A stretch of 30,272 nt of DNA from a virus (lineage: Duplodnaviria; Caudoviricetes). Location of the stretch: positions 1-30,272 of the IMG/VR virus record IMGVR_UViG_3300017903_000429, one strand, 5' to 3'. The translations under genes were made by a program, and so were the position numbers. This document shows positions 15,118 through 23,618 of this stretch, piece by piece. Below the pieces are notes generated by a model. That model saw nothing but the letters and a program-made list of their open reading frames with translations. It did no database searches and had not been told where the DNA came from. Numbering within the stretch: position 1 is the stretch's first letter; each line of letters opens with the position of its first letter.

Positions 15118-15953
15118 GTGAAGAAGCCCAGGTAGCGGAAGCTCCAGCCGTTGAAGATGCTGGACAGGCTCCGTCTGCGCAGCCAGCCGCATATGATTGG
15201 CGCTCAGAAATTCCAGAAGAAATTAAAGGACATAAATCATTAGAAACAATCCAGGATGTTCCAGGATTAATTAAAAGTTATGTTCATTCACAATCTATGA
15301 TTGGTGCTGATAAATTAGCCATACCAGGTAAACACGCTACAGATGATGACTGGAAAATTGTTTACGATAAACTTGGTAGACCAGCTGAACCAAAAGATTA
15401 TAACTTGGCATCTACAATACCAGAAGGCCAGGTACAAAACCAAGAAATGTTAGACTGGTTTCAGAATACAGCTCACGAAGCTGGATTATCGCAGCGCCAG
15501 GCAACATTATTATTAAATAAATTTAATGAACAAACAAACAGCCAGCTCAGTACAAGCCAGATAAATGTACAAGCTGAGGTGCAAAAGACAACACAAGAAC
15601 TACAAAAAGAATATGGCCCAGCTTTTAACGATAGAATGGCAAAAGGCAATGGCGTTCTTGAGCAGTTTGGCAACATAGACATTGCTAATATTGAATTAGC
15701 CGATGGGAGGCGTTTAGGCGACCATCCAGACGTTATTAGAATGATTGTGAATGTTGGTGAGTTTATTACCACTAAGGTCGGTGAGGACAGCTTAGAGGGC
15801 GTTAAAACAACTAATGCTCTTGGACCAGAGGAAATCAATTCTAAAATTGTTGAAATGACTGCTGAGAATACGCCATACTGGGATGCGAAACATCCTCAGC
15901 ATAGTTTTTATGTAGATGAAGTTATGAAGTATAGGGAGATGTTAAGTGTCTAA
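15114..15953 (+). CDS. capsid assembly scaffolding protein
   Basis: Acidic 279 aa; YDKLGRP, AHEAGLSQRQA, LGDHPDVIR and YWDAKHPQH; positioned before the capsid gene. Confidence 0.85.
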   Translation: MSEEAQVAEAPAVEDAGQAPSAQPAAYDWRSEIPEEIKGHKSLETIQDVPGLIKSYVHSQSMIGADKLAIPGKHATDDDWKIVYDKLGRPAEPKDYNLASTIPEGQVQNQEMLDWFQNTAHEAGLSQRQATLLLNKFNEQTNSQLSTSQINVQAEVQKTTQELQKEYGPAFNDRMAKGNGVLEQFGNIDIANIELADGRRLGDHPDVIRMIVNVGEFITTKVGEDSLEGVKTTNALGPEEINSKIVEMTAENTPYWDAKHPQHSFYVDEVMKYREMLSV

Positions 15954-16143
15954 TAAAGAATTTAGATTAGAAGTTTTAAGGATGGTTCTCGAAACTGGAA
16001 CTGGAAGAATAATAGACAATCCAATGGAAAGAGCTAATAAGTATTTACAATGGTGCGAAGCTGGAGATAAACCAAAAGGTCCTCTAAAAAACAATCCTAG
16101 TAAAGAAGTCGAGACAAGCAAAGGCCCTCGCAAAACACAGTAA
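15946..16143 (+). CDS. hypothetical protein
   Basis: 65 aa with GTG start and GGGAG SD; RLEVLRM…A.KYLQWC pattern. Confidence 0.6.
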   Translation: MSNKEFRLEVLRMVLETGTGRIIDNPMERANKYLQWCEAGDKPKGPLKNNPSKEVETSKGPRKTQ

Positions 16144-16202
16144 CCTTACGTCTGGATAACCAGGTAGCGTTTTAATTTTAATATGAACTAAGGAGATTAG
16201 TA

Positions 16203-17066
16203 ATGAGTTCACAAATTACTACTGCTTTCGTTAATCAGTTCAGCTCCAACGTACAGTTATTATCACAGCAAAGAGGTTCTTTGCTTAGAGGTTCTGTATC
16301 TGAGGAAGCCGTAACTGGTGAGAAAGCTTTTTTTGACCAGGTAGGTGCAACCGCTGCGGTCAAAAGAACATCAAGGCATCAAGATACACAGATCCTTGAT
16401 ACACCACATTCAAGAAGAATGGTGACTATGGATTCTTATGAGTGGGCAGATCTTATTGATGATGCTGACAAAATAAGAATGTTAATTGATCCGACATCTA
16501 CTTATGCTCAAGCAGCTGCTTCAGCAATAGGCAGATCAATGGATGATGCAATTATTACTGCTGCAACTGGTACAGCAAAAACTGGATCCAGCGGTAGCAC
16601 AGATACAGCAATGGATTCTGATAATATTATTGCTCATGGATCAACTGACTTAACCATAGCTAAGCTCATAAATGCAAAAAAGATTTTGGATGAGGGTTCA
16701 GTAGATCCATCAATCCCAAGATATATTGCTGTAGCTCCAGCTCAAGTAGAAGCTTTATTAGGTACTACACAAATCACATCAAGTGATTTCAATACTGTAA
16801 AAGCTCTTGTTGCTGGTGAAGTAGACACTTTTATGGGTTTTAAATTCATTATGTCAACAAGATTAGCTGTTGCTTCTAATATCAGAACTTGCTTTGCCTG
16901 GGCTGAAGATGGAATCAAGCTTGCTGTTGGAAAAGACGTAATGGCAAAGATAGACGAGAGGGCAGATAAGTCATACTCAACTCAAGTCTTTTATTGTGCA
17001 ACTTTTGGTGCAACACGAATGGAAGAAGCTAAAGTGGTTTCTATCCTTTGTGATGAATCAGCTTAA
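16203..17066 (+). CDS. major capsid protein
   Basis: MSSQITTAFVNQF…LLSQQRGSLLR…DTPHSRR…DKIRMLIDP…GATRMEE; SD AAGGAG. Confidence 0.93.
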   Translation: MSSQITTAFVNQFSSNVQLLSQQRGSLLRGSVSEEAVTGEKAFFDQVGATAAVKRTSRHQDTQILDTPHSRRMVTMDSYEWADLIDDADKIRMLIDPTSTYAQAAASAIGRSMDDAIITAATGTAKTGSSGSTDTAMDSDNIIAHGSTDLTIAKLINAKKILDEGSVDPSIPRYIAVAPAQVEALLGTTQITSSDFNTVKALVAGEVDTFMGFKFIMSTRLAVASNIRTCFAWAEDGIKLAVGKDVMAKIDERADKSYSTQVFYCATFGATRMEEAKVVSILCDESA

Positions 17067-17080
17067 TTGGGAGATAGATT

Positions 17081-17557
17081 ATGACAACAAAAAATTCTGA
17101 TCTCGTAGCCAATTTTGAAGCTACATACACAATGAGTGATGCTGGTTTGTTAACTGGAACAACCAGGATTGCTCAAGGTACAGTAGAATTAGCTGCTGGA
17201 GATAGCACAGACAATGATATTGTCATGTTAGCTCCTATACCGACAAACGCTAGGATAAGCTCCTTAAAGATAGGCAGCGACACATTAGGTGGCAGCTGTA
17301 CTTTTAATGTAGGTTTATACACTAGCGATGGCGTTGTTAAAGACGAAGATTGCTTTGCAAGCTCCGTTGCTGATGCAGCTGCTATGACAGATGTAAGATT
17401 TGAAGCCGCAGACATAGATACTGCTGGTCAAGAGGTTTACACTATTGCTGGTGATTCCTCAGATCCAGGTGGTCATTATTATGTTGCTGCAACATTCAAT
17501 GCAACTGGTGGTACTGCTGGTACAATGTCATTCATTATTGAATACGTTATAAACTAA
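17081..17557 (+). CDS. putative capsid decoration/cement protein
   Basis: Beta-rich 158 aa directly after the capsid gene and before the terminator. Confidence 0.6.
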   Translation: MTTKNSDLVANFEATYTMSDAGLLTGTTRIAQGTVELAAGDSTDNDIVMLAPIPTNARISSLKIGSDTLGGSCTFNVGLYTSDGVVKDEDCFASSVADAAAMTDVRFEAADIDTAGQEVYTIAGDSSDPGGHYYVAATFNATGGTAGTMSFIIEYVIN

Positions 17558-17563
17558 ACTTAG

Positions 17564-17591
17564 GGCGGCGCAGAAATGCGCTGCCTTTTTA
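17564..17591 (+). terminator. intrinsic terminator after capsid genes
   Basis: GGCGGCGCA-GAAA-TGCGCTGCC followed by TTTTTT. Confidence 0.85.
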
Positions 17592-17603
17592 ATAGGAATT
17601 ATT

Positions 17604-18194
17604 ATGGCTTCAGTAGTAGATATTTGTAACTCAGCTTTGAACCAAATTGGCGCATCTAACATCATTTCTTTAACAGAAGATAGTAAAGCTGCCAGGATAT
17701 GTAACCAAAGATATGAGTTTGTAAGGGATGCAACATTTAGATCCCATCCCTGGAACAGTTTAATTACCAGGCAAACCTTGTCACCAGATGCTGATGCTCC
17801 TGGTTTTACATATGCAAAACAATTTACGCTGCCTACTGATCCTTTTTGTTTGAGAGTTTTAAAACTTTCAGATCCAGAAATAAAATTTGAAATTGAGGGT
17901 AGAAAACTTTTATCTGACGAAAACACAATTAATTTAGTGTTTGTAGGCAAAGTAACTGATCCTAATCAATACGATACTCTTTTATTAGAAACTATTACGG
18001 CTGCGCTTGCAGCTGATATAGCTTATCCATTATCTGGTAGTATTAGCCTGGCATCTCAACTAGCGACCTTGTATAGAGATAAATTAAAAGAAGCGAGGTT
18101 TGTCGATGCAACTGAGGGTAATACAGTTAATACTGCTAGCATCCAAGATAGCGAAGTTTTAGCAGCAAACACATTTATTAATGCGAGGTTGTAA
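17604..18194 (+). CDS. tail tubular protein A / adaptor (T7 gp11-like)
   Basis: SVVDICNSALNQIG…HPWN…LPTDPFCLRV pattern. Confidence 0.88.
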   Translation: MASVVDICNSALNQIGASNIISLTEDSKAARICNQRYEFVRDATFRSHPWNSLITRQTLSPDADAPGFTYAKQFTLPTDPFCLRVLKLSDPEIKFEIEGRKLLSDENTINLVFVGKVTDPNQYDTLLLETITAALAADIAYPLSGSISLASQLATLYRDKLKEARFVDATEGNTVNTASIQDSEVLAANTFINARL

Positions 18195-20474
18195 ATGGCT
18201 AAGGCTTCACCTCCATTTAATAATTTTACAGCTGGTGAATTATCGCCCAGGTTAGAGGGCCGTACTGATGTTAATAAATATTTTAACGGCTGCAAAAAAT
18301 TACAAAACTTTTTGATACATCCTCATGGCGGCGCTAGTCGTAGGCCAGGAACAAAATATGTTAATACAGTAAAATCAAGTGCGAACTTTACCAGGTTAAT
18401 ACCTTTTGAGTTTAATGTTGAACAAGCTTATATATTAGAGTTTGGTAATTTATATTTTAGAATACACAAGGATGGCGGCACTGTTGTAGATGGTAGTCAA
18501 AATCCTATAGAGGTAACAACTGTATATACAAGCGCCCAGGTATCTGAAATAAAATTTACACAAAGCGCTGATGTTATGTATTTGGTGCATCCATCGCATC
18601 CAGTTCAAAAAATTACAAGAACAAGCCATACTGCCTGGACAATTACGGAAGTAGATTTCCTCCGTGGTCCTATGCAAGATCCAAACATAACCAGCACAAC
18701 ATTAACTGCTGATGGTCGAACTGGCAGCGTTACAATAACAGCAAGCGCAGATACATTTGTTTCTACAGATGTGGGTAGGCTGGTAAAGTTACATGATGGC
18801 TTTGCTAAAATATCAAGCTATACAAGTGCAACAAGCGTTGATGCTGATGTACAAGAAAATGCTGAGGGTAGAACTGAGCTTATGCCTAGTTATACCGCAA
18901 CAACTATAGCATTTTTTGAGGGCGATCCAAGCGCTACTGGCCTTGAACATAATGATAGGATTACAGACACTGCTGGTAATTTTATAACAGAGGGTTTTAA
19001 GGTAGGCCAAAAGGTTACAATATCTGGCGCAACTAATAGCGGTAATAATAAATCAAGTGGTGTTTTAATAGTCCAGGTAACAGCTGATACAATATTATTT
19101 TCGCCTAGCGTGGATCTCGTAGATGAATCAGCAAGCCAGTCAATTACTTTAAATGGCGTATTAGAAGCTGATGATAATTTTAGCCTGGGAGCATTTAGCT
19201 CTACTACTGGTTATCCAGCAGCAGTAACATTCTTTGAGCAGCGCCTTGTATTTGCAAATACAACCGCACAACCACAAACCTTATTCTTTTCAGTAGGTGG
19301 TAGCTTTGAAGATTTTGCGGATGGTATAGATGCAGATGATGCGCTAACTTACACTATTGGCTCTAACCAGGTTAATGTTATTAGATATTTAACATCTAGT
19401 AGAGTTCTTATTGTTGGCACAAGCGGTGGTGAATTTGCTGTTAGTGCAAGCGGTGCAGCCGAGCCTTTATCGCCTACTAATGCTCAGATCAAACGCCAGG
19501 CAAACTATGGATCAGCTAATATCCAGCCAATCCAGGTTGGTAACGTGACTATGTTTGTGCAACGAGCTTCAAGAAAAGTTAGAGAACTTGTTTATAATTT
19601 TGATTCAGATAGCTACCAGGCACCAGATTTGACTGTGCTTGCAGAACATATTACTGATAGCGGTATTACAGAAATGGCTTTTCAACAAGAGCCAGACAAT
19701 ATTGTTTGGTGTGTCCTTAACGATGGTCGTTTTGTTGGCATGACATATAGGAGAGAAGAAAATGTTGTTGGCTGGCACGAGCATATCATAGGCGGATCTT
19801 TTGGATCTGGTGATGCTGTTGTAGAAAGCGTGGCCGTTATACCAGGCGATCTTAATGAAGATGATGTTTACATTGTTGTAAAAAGAACAATCAATGGCGC
19901 TACCGCAAGGTATGTAGAAACATTTTCAAGTTTTGATTTTGGCACTGATGTTAAAGATGCTTTCTTTGTGGATAGCGGTCTTACTTACAGCGGATCCGCA
20001 GCAACAACCATATCTGGATTAGATCATTTAGAGGGTGAAAGTGTCTCTATCCTGGCTGATGGAGCAACACATCCTAACAAAACTGTTTCGTCTGGATCCG
20101 TGACTTTAGATAGATCAACAACAAAAGCGCATATTGGTTTGGGATTTAATTCAACACTGCAAACAATGAGAGTTGATGCTGGTGGTACTGAGGGTACTGC
20201 CCAGGGCAAAATAAAAAGAATACACGATGTAACATTAAGATTGTTTAGAACTGTCGGTATCCAGGTTGGCAGCAGTGAATCTGAAGTGGATAGAATACCA
20301 TTTAGAAGCTCAGCTGATGCTATGGGATCTGCATTATCAATGTTTACTGGGGATAAAGAATTAGAATTTAGAGGTGGTTTTGACAATGATGGTTTTATTG
20401 TTGTTAAGCAAAACCAGCCATTACCAACTACAGTGCTTGCTATATTTCCAAGGCTGCAAACTTTTGACCAATGA
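18195..20474 (+). CDS. tail tubular protein B / nozzle (T7 gp12-like)
   Basis: NFTAGELSPRL…GGASRRPGT, QSADVM, YPAAVTFFEQRL and GLDHLEG. Confidence 0.9.
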   Translation: MAKASPPFNNFTAGELSPRLEGRTDVNKYFNGCKKLQNFLIHPHGGASRRPGTKYVNTVKSSANFTRLIPFEFNVEQAYILEFGNLYFRIHKDGGTVVDGSQNPIEVTTVYTSAQVSEIKFTQSADVMYLVHPSHPVQKITRTSHTAWTITEVDFLRGPMQDPNITSTTLTADGRTGSVTITASADTFVSTDVGRLVKLHDGFAKISSYTSATSVDADVQENAEGRTELMPSYTATTIAFFEGDPSATGLEHNDRITDTAGNFITEGFKVGQKVTISGATNSGNNKSSGVLIVQVTADTILFSPSVDLVDESASQSITLNGVLEADDNFSLGAFSSTTGYPAAVTFFEQRLVFANTTAQPQTLFFSVGGSFEDFADGIDADDALTYTIGSNQVNVIRYLTSSRVLIVGTSGGEFAVSASGAAEPLSPTNAQIKRQANYGSANIQPIQVGNVTMFVQRASRKVRELVYNFDSDSYQAPDLTVLAEHITDSGITEMAFQQEPDNIVWCVLNDGRFVGMTYRREENVVGWHEHIIGGSFGSGDAVVESVAVIPGDLNEDDVYIVVKRTINGATARYVETFSSFDFGTDVKDAFFVDSGLTYSGSAATTISGLDHLEGESVSILADGATHPNKTVSSGSVTLDRSTTKAHIGLGFNSTLQTMRVDAGGTEGTAQGKIKRIHDVTLRLFRTVGIQVGSSESEVDRIPFRSSADAMGSALSMFTGDKELEFRGGFDNDGFIVVKQNQPLPTTVLAIFPRLQTFDQ

Positions 20475-20911
20475 TAGTAGCTGATTATAAGCCAGAACAT
20501 GGCCAGGAAATTCTTGACGGCAAGATGAACAAAGGTGCGCCGCAACACATTAGTAAGTATTTAAATTTTGCTAAAAGCCTTCATGTTCCTGGTCAATCAT
20601 TTAGCGCTATAGATAATGGTCATTTGATAGCTTGTGGCGGTATTAAACAACTTTGGCCTGGCGTTGCTGAAGTATGGTTTTTATCAAGCGATAAAGTTCA
20701 TAACCATGTAAGGCCAGTAATCAAAATAATATTTAAATATTTACCAAGGCTAATTAAAGAACAAAAACTGGTGAGGATACAATCCGCAGTTAGGGCTGAT
20801 TGGCCAGAAGCACAAAGGTTTGCCCAGTTTATGGGATTAGAAAATGAGGGCCTTATGAGAAAATATGGTCCAGATGGTACTGATTATTTTAGATATGCAA
20901 GGGTTATTTAA
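20471..20911 (+). CDS. GNAT-fold virion assembly protein (T7 gp13-like)
   Basis: IACGGI…WPGVAEVW…RFAQFMGLENEGLMRKYGPDG; conserved position after the nozzle gene. Confidence 0.75.
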   Translation: MIVADYKPEHGQEILDGKMNKGAPQHISKYLNFAKSLHVPGQSFSAIDNGHLIACGGIKQLWPGVAEVWFLSSDKVHNHVRPVIKIIFKYLPRLIKEQKLVRIQSAVRADWPEAQRFAQFMGLENEGLMRKYGPDGTDYFRYARVI

Positions 20912-21483
20912 TGGGTATTGAAGCAGCAATAGCATCGACTATAGTAAGCTCGGTAGTAGCGGCTAACGGCGCTAGAGCCGTAGGTAAAGCTCAGCAAGCA
21001 GCTAATAATTACAATGCAGATATAAATGATAGAAATGCCCTTGCTAATGAGCAAGATGCAGTGCAATTAAAAATAGCTAGCGAATTAGATATAGCTAGAT
21101 TTCAAAGAGAATTTTCAGATCTCCAGGATGCAACTAGCCAGGCATTTAGATACAATGGCTTCGTTGCTGAGGGTGGTACGCCATTAAAGCTTGCCCTGGC
21201 CAATGCAAAACAAGCTGATGAAGAAATAGCTATTAAGAAATATAATGCAGCCGTTGGTATCCAGGATCTTGAAGAAAGCGCTGTCCAAAATAGGATGCAA
21301 GCGCAATTAAATAGATTATATGGATCTACTGCAAGAACAGCTGGGAATATTAATGCTGGCGTTAGTTTGTTAAGAGGATTTTCTTCAGCTGCTAACATTC
21401 AAGCTGGTGCGGATCTTAACCGCCAGGCAATTCAAAATAATATTAATCTACAAAGACAAGGCGTTAGAACGAGGTTTGGTTAA
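20911..21483 (+). CDS. internal virion (ejection) protein, gp14-like
   Basis: Hydrophobic N-terminus and Ala/Gln/Asn-rich helices; position. Confidence 0.7.
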   Translation: MGIEAAIASTIVSSVVAANGARAVGKAQQAANNYNADINDRNALANEQDAVQLKIASELDIARFQREFSDLQDATSQAFRYNGFVAEGGTPLKLALANAKQADEEIAIKKYNAAVGIQDLEESAVQNRMQAQLNRLYGSTARTAGNINAGVSLLRGFSSAANIQAGADLNRQAIQNNINLQRQGVRTRFG

Positions 21484-23618
21484 TGAAAGTACCTACTTAT
21501 AATAGACAAACTGCCAGATCAACTGTAACTGGTGCTAGACAACTTTCAGTCCAGGCTAGTCCAGGTGCTTTTGCACAAGCTGCACAAGCTACTGCAAGAC
21601 TTGGTGAAGCTGCACAAACTGCATCATTAAATGCTTTACAGATTGCAGAACGTAGAGAAACAGAAGCATTTAAGGCCGAAGAGCAAAAGAAGCTTGCTTT
21701 CTTTGAAGCTGAGATGAAAAACAAATATGAATCTGAGCTTGCTGATAGCACACTTAAATATAACCAGGGATTAAATGATGCAGCTCTTAAAGCTAGTACG
21801 ATGGATCCAAAGCAAAGTGACACATATTTTTTAGCGACCTCTGAAAAACTAAAAAAAGATTTATCAAAAACTTTTTCAAGTAAAGCAGCGCAAAGAGATT
21901 TTTTCATAAAAGCAGACCTGGCTTTTACAAACAAAAACGTCTCGGTTAGATCAAATTCATCAAATAGGCGTATCAATGAACAAGCGGCTGTTTTAATAAA
22001 CAATATAGATTTTTATAAAAAGCAAGCTGTTGTAGGTAATAAAGCAGAAAAACTAGAAGCTGCTAATGAACTGTTTGGAGAAAACGGCATATATTCAAAG
22101 CTTGTTAGCCTGGGATATATGACAAATACAGAAGCTACAATCAAGCGCCAGGCATCACAAAAAGACATTTTAAAAAATACTATTCTACAAGATTTTCAAA
22201 ACCTAAGCACGATTGAACAAAAAGAAAACTACATAAATACTTTAGAGAAAAAAGCACCAGGTAACCTAGATAATATTGAAACCAGGGTAATTATAAGAAG
22301 TTTAAAAACTGATGTTAAAAATTTAAAAGCAATAAATAAAACACAAGCCGCATCTCTTAAATCAGATCTTAAAGATGTAAACAAGATACTCACAAAAGGC
22401 GGCACTGTAGATATAGAAGTTATCAATGGCTTAGAAAACAAAGCTAAATCTATGGGCGCTGATGGCGTGGAATTAATAGCACTTGCCAATAATCTAAAAT
22501 TAAAAAAACAAATTTTCGATGTAGCCAGGAAAACAAATATATCTTCTCTATCTGCTGAGATAACAAAGTATTCTACTGATGGAATACCAGGCGTTGGCGA
22601 AGCTGGTATAGATACTATTATTGAAACTGAGATAGTAAACGATCTTAAAACTCTTGAAACAAATATGAGATCAGAGCTTAAAAGGGATCCGCTCACTTTT
22701 GCTGAAAGATCTGGTAATGTAAAAGTTACACCAATAAACTTTGTTCAACTTACTGATCCGCAATCAATAGATCCAGTAGGGGATAGTGCAGCAAATGCTT
22801 TCAATGTTCGAGCATCCAAAAGAATTAGTGAAGCTATATCTGTAAGTGCTAAGTATGGGAGTGCTGTAAAGTTTTTAAAAGACGAAGAAGCTGCAAGCTT
22901 AAAAGCTTTTTTTGAAGATAGTCAAACTAGCACAGTTCAAAAACTAGCAGTTTTAAATAAAATAAACGAGGGTTTTGGCCGACATTCCCAGGATGTTTTT
23001 GTAGAACTATCTCAGAAAGGCGCACCAGAACTAGCACATATTGGTGGTCTAATGAAGCTTGGTTTAATTGACAATGCAAAGTTTGCATTGCAAGGATTAG
23101 ATCTAAAAAATGCTGGCAAGCTTGCGCCAGAAGCTACTAACATTAATACACAATCTGAATATTCTAACACTGTTGGAAATGCTTTGATATTTGCGCCAGC
23201 TGAAGTCCAGGGAGCTGCAAAACGTGTAACTGATCTTATTTATAACAAACTTGCTAACGATCAAGGTTTGCAGTTTTTTAGAAACAATGTTTATGCAGAT
23301 GCTGCAAAGATGGCCCTAGGTAATGTTGATGAAGTTAGCGGTCATCCTACAGTTATACCAAAAGAATTAGATGCTGATAAGCTTGAGGATATGATTGAAA
23401 AAATAGATTTACAAGGTTTTGCAAATCAAGGTTTTAATATAGATGCTAAATTGCTCGAAGATATAAATGATGGTGAATATAATTTATATGTTGTCGGCGA
23501 TGGTCAATACAAGCTTGCTAGAGGTACGCCAGGAGAGCCAGACTTTTTAATTGCTGGTGATAAAAACGGCAATGAGATTATTTTAAATGCTCTAAAGTAT
23601 TATGGTTTTAGTCAATGA
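21483..23618 (+). CDS. internal virion (ejection) protein, gp15-like
   Basis: 711-aa helical protein starting MKVPTY; position in the internal-protein block. Confidence 0.65.
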   Translation: MKVPTYNRQTARSTVTGARQLSVQASPGAFAQAAQATARLGEAAQTASLNALQIAERRETEAFKAEEQKKLAFFEAEMKNKYESELADSTLKYNQGLNDAALKASTMDPKQSDTYFLATSEKLKKDLSKTFSSKAAQRDFFIKADLAFTNKNVSVRSNSSNRRINEQAAVLINNIDFYKKQAVVGNKAEKLEAANELFGENGIYSKLVSLGYMTNTEATIKRQASQKDILKNTILQDFQNLSTIEQKENYINTLEKKAPGNLDNIETRVIIRSLKTDVKNLKAINKTQAASLKSDLKDVNKILTKGGTVDIEVINGLENKAKSMGADGVELIALANNLKLKKQIFDVARKTNISSLSAEITKYSTDGIPGVGEAGIDTIIETEIVNDLKTLETNMRSELKRDPLTFAERSGNVKVTPINFVQLTDPQSIDPVGDSAANAFNVRASKRISEAISVSAKYGSAVKFLKDEEAASLKAFFEDSQTSTVQKLAVLNKINEGFGRHSQDVFVELSQKGAPELAHIGGLMKLGLIDNAKFALQGLDLKNAGKLAPEATNINTQSEYSNTVGNALIFAPAEVQGAAKRVTDLIYNKLANDQGLQFFRNNVYADAAKMALGNVDEVSGHPTVIPKELDADKLEDMIEKIDLQGFANQGFNIDAKLLEDINDGEYNLYVVGDGQYKLARGTPGEPDFLIAGDKNGNEIILNALKYYGFSQ

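Noticed and set aside
16150-16170. CTGG-ATAA-CCAG mini-hairpin upstream of the capsid gene
   Set aside because: It is too short to support a call from this sequence alone, especially given the CCWGG enrichment.
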